Below, in pieces: positions 27,516 through 40,217 of a DNA stretch of 64,000 nucleotides. The number at the start of each line of letters is the position of its first letter. Position 1 is the first letter of the stretch. Location of the stretch: positions 28,830,001 through 28,894,000 of the forward strand of contig NC_043002.1 of assembly GCF_006345805.1 (NCBI RefSeq), in the 5' to 3' direction. The notes beneath the pieces are model-generated. The model was not told the origin of the DNA. It made no database searches and saw only the letters and a list, made by a program, of their open reading frames with translations. A program made the translations under genes and the position numbers. Source of the DNA: Octopus sinensis (taxonomy: Eukaryota).

Positions 27516-28829
27516 TCCTTAACCAATCATTTTTCTGTTTTCATTTGAAATTATTAGCTGCATAGTGTTAATGTGACGTATATAGCTATTTTGTGAGTGG
27601 CTAAGCAGTAAGCAAACAGCTGTGGTAGATGTGGTTATCATGGCAGTGGTGGTGGTGGTGACAGTGGGTGTGTATTATGGCAGCATTATAGTGTTGGTGT
27701 TTTGTAGAGGTTGTGGTGGTGGTGGCGGCAGTGGATGATGATGATAATGATGATGATAATAGTAGTAGCATTGATTATGTTAGGATGTCTCATGGATGGT
27801 AGTGTTGGTGTGGTGTGTGTGTTGTATGGATCAAAACAGTTTGATCCCAAATTCTGTGGTACTTATATATTCATACATACATATACATGTAGATGTATAT
27901 AACATATATATTTGTATGTAAACATCTTTTATATATATATATTAATGTATGCAGCTATAATACACACACATTATAAATATATACACATATATGCATATGC
28001 ATTAGAATATGTGTGTATAGGTATATATATATATATGCATATGTTTGTATACATGTGTGTGTAGCTATTAGGATCTACACAAATTTTTTATATATACTCA
28101 CGAAGTTTATGATAAGCGGAGATGTTTACTTTAGTTAGCTATTTACATGTTTACGTTAACTACGTCACAAAATAGCTGTTTACGTCACAGTAACAATATT
28201 TTGAGAAGCAGTAAATAATATGAGGCCGAAAGAAAGAATATCATTGGTTAAAATTCGAATTTTTAAACAACGTTAAACTTAGAAATTACAATTCCGTTTT
28301 CATTTTGGTTTACAATTATGTTTTCTTTTGACACATTCTACCAGTATACGAAGTTTCAAATTGTTTAGTTAACTAGGAAAATCTGGCTTTCAAAAAGAAA
28401 AGATCCTTATTTTTTTATACTGCTGGCATAAGATACCAGAAATATTCCACGACTGAATCAGTTCCCAGTGCATATAAGCCCTTCCCTCTAAAAATAATAT
28501 CTGTAAGATTTCTAAACTTTAACTTTATGTGCTTTTATTATTCTGTTTCGACCTAGCAATTCCATGAGGCCTTTTGTAATCGCCAGCAGATAATATCGGT
28601 CGCCAATCTCAATTGATTACTTCTGAAGACTCATTGTTGAACAAAATTGTACGCTTCACTACAATTCTGGAGCGTGTTTGTTATTTAGACATCATAATGT
28701 CAACTGAAGAATCTGTCAATCAATTTGAAAAAGGAGGAAGCAAAACTCAAATGCTAAGTGTAAAATGTAGTGAAATATTAAAGAATGTAGTGAAATATTA
28801 AAACTATACCTGTTCGAAAAACGGACAAT

Positions 28830-29840
28830 ACCCATAAGACACTTCGGTGGGATATTAGCATCATATTTCTCCTCTGTAGACACAGCGACAGTGGTCATGG
28901 ATACTTGTAAATTCATTAACTGAGGACTCTTGTAAATGGGTGTAACTCAAAGAAGTGAAACAAATATGAGACTCCGCAAGACATTATTCTGCATATGAAA
29001 ACAATGACGATGTTATTGCAATCAAGTAACACCATAGTAAGTTACTGTGTGTCACCCCAAGGGAATAAAAACTTCGCGTTTTCCTATGAACAATTTCCAG
29101 CTTTTGATATATTCAGTACGCCGTCCGTTGATTCGTTTCGTGGTTTACATTTCGCCATCCCTCACCTCGTAGCCAAAACTTCTTCATGTGTGAATCATTC
29201 GGCACAGTTCGAAGAACAGCTCTAGAATATATCAAATATATCTTACCAAATGAAAAAAATTGATGTGGTGAAAATATTTAAAATGAATCTACCAGAGGTG
29301 AAATTTTCGGTCTGATTTCAGTCATAATCAGACTAAAAACAATTACTAACCAAAAATATCATGCATTGCATCAAGTATAGCTGAGCAACTAATTTACAAT
29401 TCGATAATGAAATTTACGAAAAGACTGATAAGATGGCTGTGGGTTTTCTAATCACCGATTATTGCAAATATCAGAATGAAATAATTCAAAAACATAGTTC
29501 TATAATATATAACATCGAAATATTCAGTTTCGTTAAGAAATGCGAATCAATCCTGGAAACACCAATAATACGTCCAAGTTATATATATAAAAAAAGCCAC
29601 CTGAACATGCTAATTACATTAATTCAGTTTGTTCCAGAAAGTGAGAGGGTAACACTCGACAACCGTTTCTTGTTTAGATGGTGCGAAAGACAGAAACAGA
29701 ACATCAGAGTATCGAAAACTTATTATGACTGTGCTCTATCAATACTCTGAGTTACACCATCTACGCATTGCTAATGAAGGAATCGCCAAAAATCTACAAA
29801 ATTGTATAAAACAATATGTACCAATTTGATCAAGTTATAC
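28830..29840 (+). pseudogene. Ancient, highly degenerate Penelope-like RT remnant
   Basis: Fragments PAFDIFSTPSVDS (cf. SFDVxSLFTNVP), NLQFDNEIYEKTDKMAVG (cf. FQFDxxxYEQxDGxAMGSP), IQFVPESE (cf. IQFTxExE) and YSELHHLRIANEGIAKNL (cf. YLNxxSHHP...GI) occur in the correct order. Confidence 0.5.
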
Positions 29841-29974
29841 TGAGAATCTGAATTACTAGGAGAATATATATCTGAGTAACAATAATGACGTCATTACATA
29901 GAACCATAATTTGAAGTGAGAGTGTATAGGATCTGAACAAACACTACGAGGTATTTTCTTTGACGTTCTAACAA

Positions 29975-30060
29975 CTTTGCCTCTTCTACTCCCTCGACTT
30001 TGCCTTTTCGACTCCTTTGACTTTGCCTCTTCGACACTTTTGACTTTGCCTCTTCGACTT
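29975..30060. repeat. About 21-bp minisatellite x4 (gactttgcctcttcgactcctt)
   Basis: Directly visible degenerate tandem units. Confidence 0.85.
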
Positions 30061-30899
30061 CTTAAAGGGACAGAAAGTAAAGAGGTTTATATTAATTACG
30101 CGAACAAGCTTTCATGTGTTTCAGGACAATTTGTTGGATTGAAACACATACGCGTGAAGGCACAAACGTGACCCTAAATAGATTACATTGAACTTTGAAG
30201 GTAAATCAATAACTGACAGGGTTCAAATATTTTCTGATCTTTAAGAGGAAATCTTGTCAATGTTGAGCATTTTTGGCATTATTCTATATGGGAAGTCGCC
30301 ATGGAAGTACATTAGTTTATGTGAAACATGTGATTATCAGCTCTGAGCATTGTAATTATAAACTGGTTTTGTATGAGGAACTTGTACTTTTGTTATATAT
30401 CCGTAGTTAAAGTCATGTTACTATTTAAAATGACGATCTGACAGAATCTTTAGAGAGTCGGAAAATGCTTTCGGTTACATTCTGAATTCAAATTCCTCCG
30501 AGCTCAACTTTGCCTTTCATTCCATGGCAACAATACAATCAAGTAGCAGAGTCGATGTTATTGGTTAATCCCCTTCTCTCAAAATTGCTTGTGGCTTTTG
30601 TGTCTGAATTAGAAACCAGGTTTGCAGTTTTTTTGTTACTTATTTCATATGTATATTTTTGTTATTTTGTTATTGTATTTCTGCCATTGAAAGAGGCTGT
30701 GATTTATTGTCCTCCATCGAAGTTGCTAGAAAGATTTGTGTTGGTAAAAGCAGAACATATTTCCCGCAACGTAGCTAATTTGCATATGGATTTTGCCTGC
30801 ATGCGTAAAGCTAAGGCGTTTAAATGCATCTGATATATCTATATGTATGTATGAATATATGTATGTGTACGTACATATATATATATATATATATATCAG

Positions 30900-31176
30900 A
30901 TGTTGTTACACATCGCTGGTCACAATGCGCTACGCATTGTTTTAGCCTTCAAATGACGCCACCCCGCTGGCTAAGCGAGCAGGCCAACAGAAGAAAGAGT
31001 GAGAGAAAGTTGTGGCGAAAGAGTACAGCAGGGATCGCCACCACCCCCTGCCGGAGCCTCGTGGAGCTTTAGGTGTTGTCGCTCAATAAACATCACAACG
31101 CCCGGTCTGGGAATCGAAACCGCGATCCTACGGCCACGAGTCCGCTGCCCTAACCACTAGGCCATTGCGCCTCCAC
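30900..31176 (-). mobile_element. Well-preserved tRNA-derived SINE, family E
   Basis: Minus head GGAGGCGCAATGGCCTAGTGGTTAGGGCAGCGGACTCGTGGCCGTAGGATCGCGGTTTCGATTCCC (A and B boxes), followed by about 200 bp of non-tRNA body. Confidence 0.82.
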
Positions 31177-31252
31177 ACACCACACACACCACACACACAC
31201 CACACTCACACACACACCACACATATATATATATAATATATATATATATAAT

Positions 31253-31295
<43 letters not shown>

Positions 31296-31312
31296 TATAG
31301 ATAGATACACAC

Positions 31313-31500
31313 ATAAAACTGAGAATGTGTATCTGTCTGTCTGTATGTATGAAGCCCTAAAACTCAAGAACTACCCAACCGATTTCATTCAAATTTTAGT
31401 GTCCATGGAGCTTCATGGGTCTCCCCAAAATTTCAACATTTCGCCTAACGCGGGCCCGGAGGAATCTCTTAGACCGGTTCTGTATTACGTGTCAAAAGTT
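31313..31500 (+). mobile_element. Helitron-like fragment (second family)
   Basis: ataaaactgagaatgtgtatctgtctgtctgtatgtatg...ccgatttcattcaaatttt, typical of short non-autonomous Helitron 5' ends; the 3' CTAG end was not found. Confidence 0.5.
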
Positions 31501-31776
31501 AAAAAATAACATCAATATTGTAATGTGATATAATTTTGCTTCACTTTTAATTCTAACTATAACATTGTTTCACTTTAATTCTTTCACTTTTAATTCTAAT
31601 GCGATAACTCCAAGATCATCTTATTTTACACATTTACCGTTCAAGTACCAATGCTGCAAGGTATTCACAATTACATATTAACCCTTAAATTTACATTTAA
31701 TACGTGTGCTTAATCTATATATATAAAATTCTTCGATTCTCTGTTAATAATCTCAACAGCAACTACGTAGGTACCT

Positions 31777-31997
31777 TTCCTATTTCTTTATTACCCACAA
31801 GGGGCTAAACACAGAGAGGACAAACAAGGACAGACAAATGAATTAAATCGATTATATCGATCCCAGTGCGTAAATGGTACTTAATTTATCGACCCCGAAA
31901 GGATGAAAGGCAAAGTCGACCTCGGCAGAATTTGAACTCAGAACGTAACGGTATACGAAATATGGCTACGCATTTCGCCCGGCGTACCAACCTTTCC
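31777..31997 (-). mobile_element. Near full-length family A SINE (tail type 1)
   Basis: Collinear with 4381-4610. Confidence 0.88.
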
Positions 31998-33181
31998 TTT
32001 ACCAGACTTCATGCAATTTTATGTTATTTTCTTCTCTCGTTTTTTGCGTATGAACTGTACACGTGCTACACTAGAAATGCATTTTTAATCATTCACGGCA
32101 AAAACATTTGATAGAAATTTAAATTCTTGTATATTTGATAAGTTGAGATAGACTAAGAAAAGTGAAGAGAATCATTAAAGGTACATTGGAATTGAAGAAG
32201 GTAACAAATCGACAGAGCAGATAAGCAGTAACTGCTGCAGTTATTATTACAATAACAGAGAGGAAACACAGGTAATTTATTATCTAAAATTTCTAGTTTG
32301 TTGGTGAGTGAGTCACCTATGTGGTGTTTTTCTAAGGTAATCTTCTCTAACGTAAATGACTATGCCTCTGATAATCAGGCATGTTAATCTCATATACATA
32401 TCTTTATGTAGCAATATACTTCCCTAGATATGGGAGAAAAACTTTCATATGGGCTTTTGCAGAAGAGCATCAACTGCTCAAGACTTGTAGTAATTTATAT
32501 CTACTTCTCTGCAAGTCTGTCTGTCTGTCTGTCTCTCACACTGTTGCTGTCAATCATCTCCCCATTCATCTCCCGTTTATCTATATTCAAATGGCCTTTA
32601 TCACTCCATGGAAATGCACGAATATACACAATAGAACACTAACACCGCTCGATCACTACAATATAATATTGACAGACAGGTGGTAAACTAGAATGTAATT
32701 TCTCAACACATGTCAACTTCTCTCCATTCTCCCGTACACACACACACACACACACACAGAGTTACCGACCGAACACTACGACACCCCAAATCTGCTCCAT
32801 TTCAACCCTATATATCACAGTATTTCGCCTGCTGTCACCCATATGGTCATCGTTTGTCTTAAAGGCAGAAGGAGGACGTAACTTTCAAAGAATCTCTCTG
32901 TTAATACAAATTTGTTACTGAATGAAATCAACAGGAAATTGCGTTCCCGTAGAGCTTTTACAAAGACTTTCATGAAATCAGCGGAGGAAATTTCAAATAA
33001 ATTTACTGAAGGGCAGTATTGTTGTTGTTGTTATTGCTGTTGTTAATGTATTTGTAACTATTGTTGCAGATTCATTTATTGAATTTGTTGTAATTATTGT
33101 TGTTAAAATTGAGGTTATTACCGCTGTTGTTGTGGTGGCGGTGTTATTGCATTTATTGAAATTATTATTAATTTTACTGTA

Positions 33182-33225
<44 letters not shown>

Positions 33226-33744
33226 GTAATAGTAGTAGTAGTAGCAGTAGCAGTAGTAGTGGTAGTAGTAGTAGTAGTAGCAGCTGGTGTTGTGCTTATT
33301 GCAGTATTTATTGTTGCTGTTGCAGTTTCTGTTATTTCTTTTGTTGCTGTCATTCTTTTTCTAATTGTTTGTGTCGCTGTCATCGTTATCATTCGTTGTT
33401 TGTGGTTGTAGGAATCCATGTCATTGTCATCACCATCGCCGTTGGTAACTGACCGGAGTAGATGGTGGAATTAACATGAAAATATCTATCTATCTATCTA
33501 TTCATATATATGTATATATATATCTTTATATATATATATATATAATATTATATATATATATTATATATATATATATATAATATATATATATAAAATCTTA
33601 AGGTTTTATCAGGTCGTTAGCATGCAATCAATCGTTAAGGTAACATTAATCAAGTTATAAATTATTGTATAGATACACATCAAGAGCAAACAAATTCGTA
33701 AGTAGGCGACTTGTAACGTACTTGTTTGCCCTTGACACACACAC

Positions 33745-33817
<73 letters not shown>

Positions 33818-33915
33818 TAATCAATATAAGGGTAGCACAAAATTCAATAGAAATTTTTTTCGCCACTAGCGGTCTAGTGAGAAAGAAAAAATAGTCAGCA
33901 GGCTATATAATATAC

Positions 33916-33961
33916 ATTCAACAATAATATTAAGAATTATTCCTTAATATTATTGTTGAAT
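33916..33961. repeat. Perfect 19-bp inverted repeat with 8-nt loop
   Basis: attcaacaataatattaag / cttaatattattgttgaat. Confidence 0.9.
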
Positions 33962-34061
33962 ATATATATATATAGATAGATAGATAAATATATATATATA
34001 TATACATATATATGTATATATCTTTATTTTATATATACTGAGGAAATGGAGTTTACTAGTG

Positions 34062-34264
34062 CTTTGGTTTGTTTTTCGAACTCGTCAAGCCAAAATCAAG
34101 ACCAAAATGGCAAAAACAGAACATTTAGTTATTCATTTATATGAATCGGAGGCCTTTTTGCAAAAAGAAAAAAAATCCGCTTCACATAAATGAACAACGA
34201 AACGTTCTGCTTTTCTCATTTTGATTTCAATTTTATCTTGACGAGTTCGAAAACCGAACGAAAG
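34062..34264. mobile_element. About 200-bp fold-back MITE-like element
   Basis: ttttcgaactcgtcaag (34073-34089) and cttgacgagttcgaaaa (34237-34253) are perfect complements, and imperfect complementarity continues through most of the interior. Confidence 0.65.
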
Positions 34265-34358
34265 GGCTAATAAAGGATCATTCAAAATTCTCACTGCAAT
34301 ATTTTCTCAATATATATAAATATATACATATATATATATGTGTATATATACATATATA

Positions 34359-34389
<31 letters not shown>

Positions 34390-34396
34390 ATATATG

Positions 34397-34475
<79 letters not shown>

Positions 34476-34561
34476 TAATCCAAACGGGAAAACAAAAAAA
34501 CACAACAATGGAAACAATTACAGTGTTATTATAATAGGCGCTCAGGAAATGGAAGCAGGAG

Positions 34562-34598
34562 GGTATGACGTTTCGAGCGGAGCTCTTCGTCGGAAACA
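34562..34598 (-). ncRNA. Minimal hammerhead-like motif, variant core CCGACGA (family H3-like)
   Basis: Minus: GTTT-CCGACGA-A-GAGC(TCC)GCTC-GAAA-CG-TC-ATAC. Tail contains ttcctgagcgcc, as in the 7085-7208 copy. Confidence 0.55.
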
Positions 34599-34759
34599 TA
34601 AAGAAGGAAGAGAGAGGAAAGAAAGATCCAAAGCGGGCAACAGGGATAGAGAAAAAAACGACTGGTGTTTACGAGTTACACATGGTGAAAGGCGGAAGTT
34701 TACGATAACAGAGCAAAGTAGGTTCTTAAAGGCAAAAGAGTGGAGACAAGGTTGGTAAC

Positions 34760-35950
34760 GCAACAGATGTGTGTGTATGTGTGAGTGTGTGCGTGTGCGT
34801 GTGTGTATGTGTGTTGTGTGAGGCGAGATAAAAAACACAAAATATATGTATGTGTTAGTGTGTGTCTGTGTGTAGGCGTGTGAGGTAGGGCGAGACAGTG
34901 GTCGGCATAGCAGACAAAGGTCAGTAGTAAGAAAAAGAAGGAAGGAGGAAGGAGGGAGGGGAAGGGGTGGGGCCGTATGTAGCGTGCCAGCGTGTGTTGA
35001 GTAGTAGTGTGTGTGTGTGTCCATTGTCGTGTAGTATTAATGGCGAGTAGATTGAATGTGTGTAAGAGTATGTATATATTTAAGCAATGGTGTATATGTG
35101 TGCGCGTGTGTGTAACAAAAAGGGGGGGGGTTAAGGAAAAAAGAAAAAGACTCCAGCTGAGGGGAGATGGAAGAGTGGTCCCGCGGAGACGGGCGTGGGA
35201 AAACCCAACGACAAGCGACGGTCCCAGGAACGCGCGGGAGGTCTCGTCGGGTCCAAGAGCGAGGTGCATGCGGCGCGTATGCGTGCGCGAACCGGCGCAA
35301 GCGCGTGTGTGCGCGCGCCTGCGAGTATGCGCGTCAGTATGTATGTGTGTGGATGTGTGAGTGTGTCTGTGTGTATGTCTGGGTGGCAGTGTGTCCGATG
35401 AATGTATGTGAGTATGTGTGTATATATGTGTGTGCATAGATGTATGTCCGTGTGTGTGTGTGTGTGTGTATGTGTATGAGTGTGTATGTATGTACGTGTG
35501 GGTGTGGGGAAGTGTGTGTATGTGCATGTGTGTGCGCGTACATACAGGTGTGTGAGTGAGTGTGTGTGTGTGTATGTATGTGTGAGTGTGTATGTATGTG
35601 TGTGTAGGATGCATGTATGTGTATGGGTGTATGTATGCGTGTGTGTATGTATGTATGTGTACGTGCGTGTGTGTGTGTGTATGCGTGTAGGTGTGCGCGT
35701 GTGCATGCATGCATGCATGTGCGTATGTGTGTGTGTTGTGCATGTGTGTGGGTATATATGTATGTGCGTATATATGTGTGTATGTGCGTACATGTGTGTG
35801 TGTGTATGCTGTGTGTGTATGTAGGTGTTGTCGTGTGTGTATAGGTGTATGTATGTAAGTATGTATGGGTGTGTCCGTGTATGTGTGTGTATGTATGTGT
35901 GTGTATGTAGGTGTGTGGGGGTGTGTATATGTGTGTGTATATATATATAT
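34760..35950. repeat. Degenerate (TG)n/(TATG)n tract with an embedded CpG-rich segment
   Basis: Directly visible; explains the 422-aa and 222-aa H/T-rich ORFs. Confidence 0.9.
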
Positions 35951-36111
35951 AATCAAAATAAGCAACAAGAATATCTTCGGTAATTTGGTACGATCGTTTC
36001 ACGCTACAGCATTTTATTAAACATTGTAAGTATTACAACAGTTTTAAAATGTTGAGCAATCATCAGCTATTTATATAGGTTTTCCATCAATACATATACT
36101 TATTTTCATGT

Positions 36112-36145
<34 letters not shown>

Positions 36146-36304
36146 AGTGTGTGTGTTTGTGTATATATGTGTGTGTGTGTGTGTGTGTGTCACGCAGTAA
36201 ATGACGAAAGAACAGAAGTTCCATAATTTCATTAGCATACAGCTACTAACGCTATAAGTAAGCATACATCCAAAGCTGAGAGTGCATCGGACATTTTATA
36301 GCTT

Positions 36305-36575
36305 TCTCTTTCATCCTTTCGGGGTCGATAAATTAAGTACCAGTTGCATGCTGGGGTCGATCTAATCGACTAGAACCTTCCCCAAAATGTCGGGCCTTAT
36401 GCCTTGAGTAGAAAAAAATATTAACTACGTTTAAGGCAGCAGAATCGTTAGCATGTCGGTTAAAATTGTTACCGGCATTTCGTCCGTCTTTACATTCTCG
36501 GTTCGAATTCAACCGAGATTTGACTTTGCCTTTCAGCTTTTCGCAGTCGCTAAAATTAGTACCAGTTGCGCAATT
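36305..36575 (+). mobile_element. Two family A SINE fragments in tandem
   Basis: ctttcatcctttcggggtcgataaattaagtaccag...tail (36305-36415), then head gcagaatcgttagcatgtcgg...gactttgcctttca (36435-36575). Confidence 0.78.
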
Positions 36576-37080
36576 CCTTGAAATTGATGGGCTTGTACCA
36601 AAATTTGAAATCGATATTAGCTGCTTTTACGGTCATTTCATATTGGCTAAAACAAGTGTGTGTATGCAGAAAATCTCTATTTGTATAACGTTCCTTGTGT
36701 GATTGGATTATATAGCTACCATAAACTTTTAGTAAGAAATGTATATACATATACACATATGGACGCGTGGGTGCTTGTGAGCGATGTGGGTCTCTGTGTG
36801 CATATACATGTAAATATAGTACACTTATCTCTTTATAACACTTGAATCATCTATGTGTAGTTCTTTCTATTTCTCAGTTTATCTACATCTCTATCTCTCT
36901 TGCTGTATTCCCACATATGTATGTTTATGTGTGTGTTTATATATATATATATATTATATATATATATATATATATACACGCACATACACATATATATGTA
37001 TGTGTGTACATGTGTGTATGTGTGTGTGTATGTATAGATATAGATATACATATACGTATGGATGCATGTTTGTATTCATG

Positions 37081-37115
<35 letters not shown>

Positions 37116-37546
37116 CATATATATAATACACGAGCATGCTTACACAAACACAGAGGCATACACGAATAAACATACAGACACACGCATACACTCAGAGTTA
37201 TATACCTTTTGTGCATACAGAAATGAAGAAAAAACTTTGAATTCGTCATTCAGTTTGTGTGATTGATAGACTTACTGACAGGTCTTATAGGAAAATCAAT
37301 TGTTCAGATCGAAAATGTAGAAACATTAAATATCTTACTATTATTGCAAATAAGGAATGGTTTATATGTAAGCAGTGAACACCCTTCTCCATTCCAGAAT
37401 GGTAAGTTTTGGTTTTGTGTTTCATTAGTATTTATTGTTTAGTGGTTCACACCAGTCGCTCCTCACCCTCTAATCTTCCTCATATCTTGTACGTTTCATT
37501 ATTCTTCTGATCAACGGCACCAGCATCAACAACATTCACCATCATC

Positions 37547-37589
<43 letters not shown>

Positions 37590-37647
37590 CCACCACCAAC
37601 ACCACCCACCACCACCATCATCATCATCATCATCCCCATCCTCATCC

Positions 37648-37684
<37 letters not shown>

Positions 37685-37698
37685 TATCATCATCATCG

Positions 37699-37731
<33 letters not shown>

Positions 37732-38536
37732 CTTTCCACCTCCCCTTATCTCTGTGACTAGTTCCTTTTTTTCTGAATTCTTCTGTCTTAGAAAGTATGT
37801 AAGTATTTATGTATGCATGCATGTATGCTTGTATCTATTTGTGCCTATGCATAACTGCATGCATGCTTATGTAATTGTAATATATATATATATATATATG
37901 TGCAAATTTCCATATGTGTGTGTGAATGAATGCATGCATGAATATATGCATGTATAAATGTATGTACTGTGTAGATAGGCATATATATATGTGTGTATTT
38001 GTATATTTGTGGTTTGTATATATGTATGGGAAAAAAACAAACATGAGTACGTTCTATTGAATTCTGTTTGCGTGAGTGCGCACGAGAATGCGCTCACTCA
38101 AACACATACACTTGTGTATATTTATGTGTGTTTTTATGAGTATATATATATATCTGTAATTACGCACACACGCACGCACACACACGTGTGCATACATACA
38201 CGTATGCGTGCTTCTATGAGAATGTAAGTATCCCGGTGTAAATATATAATTGAAACGAAGAAATCCAAAGCAATTCCCCTCCATTAACACCTTATAGGCA
38301 TCCACACACCTAACCGGTGATACTTACCACACTCTCACATACTAACAACGGACATCGTTAATACAAAATGATATCTAAATAGACAAAGCCACAGAGGAGA
38401 TATAGAGGTGTGTACGAAGGACTGCTAAGTAAAATTTAGTATGCAATGACAGCAAATGCAATCAATGTTAACGTATTCCTTAGAAAATGAAAGTAGAAGT
38501 ATTTAACTCCGATACCGCCATTTTGTCTGGGAAACC

Positions 38537-38708
38537 TTCTTTAGGAGAATATTTATAATTTTTTTTATTCATTTGATGTTCTTCGTCACTCACCGTCTAG
38601 TTCATTGTTTTCGTTTGTGTTTAGTCCGTATATTAGTTTTTGTTTTTCTGTGTTTTACTAAACAACAAAATCCTCCCCTCTCTGTCTCTTTTTTACTCTC
38701 TATCAGAG

Positions 38709-38780
<72 letters not shown>

Positions 38781-38937
38781 CCTGTGACTATCTTTACTTC
38801 TTTATCTATTACTTTTTCATTACAATGATAGTGAACATCGCTACGTAGAGATTCCAGAATTGAACATACATATATTCACGCATATATTCATGCATGCGTT
38901 CGTACACACACACACGCACACACACACACACACATAC

Positions 38938-38980
<43 letters not shown>

Positions 38981-39046
38981 TACATCTATATGTATGAGAG
39001 AATGTGTGTGTACTGTTATGGAGATAAATAGTGAGGGAGAGACATT

Positions 39047-39085
<39 letters not shown>

Positions 39086-39413
39086 CGCATTCATGCACGT
39101 ACAGTCATATGTATATGTGTGTGTGGTGTGTGTGTGTGTGTGCGTGTGTGTGTAAGTTATATATATATATATATGGTTGGGTGTGCGTGATTAAGAAAGT
39201 TGCTTTTTAACGTGTCGTCTTGGGGTCAGTACCATTCCAAGGCACATAAACATATTCTACTATAGAAATTGGCTGACAAGAGCTTTGTGAGTTGATGTGG
39301 AAGTCGGAAACTGATAGAAGTTAGGCGTAAAGGTATATATATTATATATATATATATATATGTATATATATGTACACATATACACATATACACATATTTT
39401 CCTTATTAGTTTT

Positions 39414-39452
<39 letters not shown>

Positions 39453-39490
39453 AACTAAATAAGGAAAATATTGTATGTGTATATGTGTAC

Positions 39491-39536
<46 letters not shown>

Positions 39537-39714
39537 ATATATATTCTATATATACCTTTACGCCTAACTTCTATCAGTTTCCGACTTCCACATCAACTCA
39601 ACCACAAACTCTTGTCAGCCAATTTCTATAGTAGAATATGTTTATGTGCCTTGGAATGGTACTGACCCCAAGACGACACGTTAAAAAGCAACTTTCTTAA
39701 TCACGCACACCCAA

Positions 39715-39750
<36 letters not shown>

Positions 39751-39926
39751 TTACACACACACTTACAACACACACACACCACACACATATACATATGACT
39801 GTACGTGCATGAGTGCGCTTTCGTGTGTGTGTGGTGTGTGTGTGTGTGTTTGTGTGTTACAATTCTCTCTCCTCACTATTTATCTCCATAACAGTACACA
39901 CACATTCTCTCATACATATAGATGTA

Positions 39927-39964
<38 letters not shown>

Positions 39965-40144
39965 TATATATATATAATGTATATGTATGTTGTGTGTGTG
40001 TGTGTGTTGTGTGTACGAACGCATGCATGAATATATGCGTGAATATATGTATGTTCAATTCTGGAATCTCTACGTAGCGATGTTCACTATCATTGTAATG
40101 AAAAAGTAATAGATAAAGAAGTAAAGATAGTCACAGGGATAGAG

Positions 40145-40217
<73 letters not shown>

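Larger units (their letters stand above)
19921..28406. mobile_element. 8,486-bp non-autonomous TIR DNA transposon (GG termini, 8-bp TSD; Merlin- or Mutator-type) filled with nested repeats
   Basis: 19921-20185 is the ungapped reverse complement of 28142-28406 (265 bp, 10 mismatches by my alignment). TTATTTTT is present at both 19913-19920 and 28407-28414. No transposase seen inside. Confidence 0.85.

Noticed and set aside
29163-29218. Minus-strand exon-like segment (AVLRTVPNDSHMKKFWLR, GTGAGG donor)
   Set aside because: Lies antisense within the probable Penelope fossil; no supporting neighbours.
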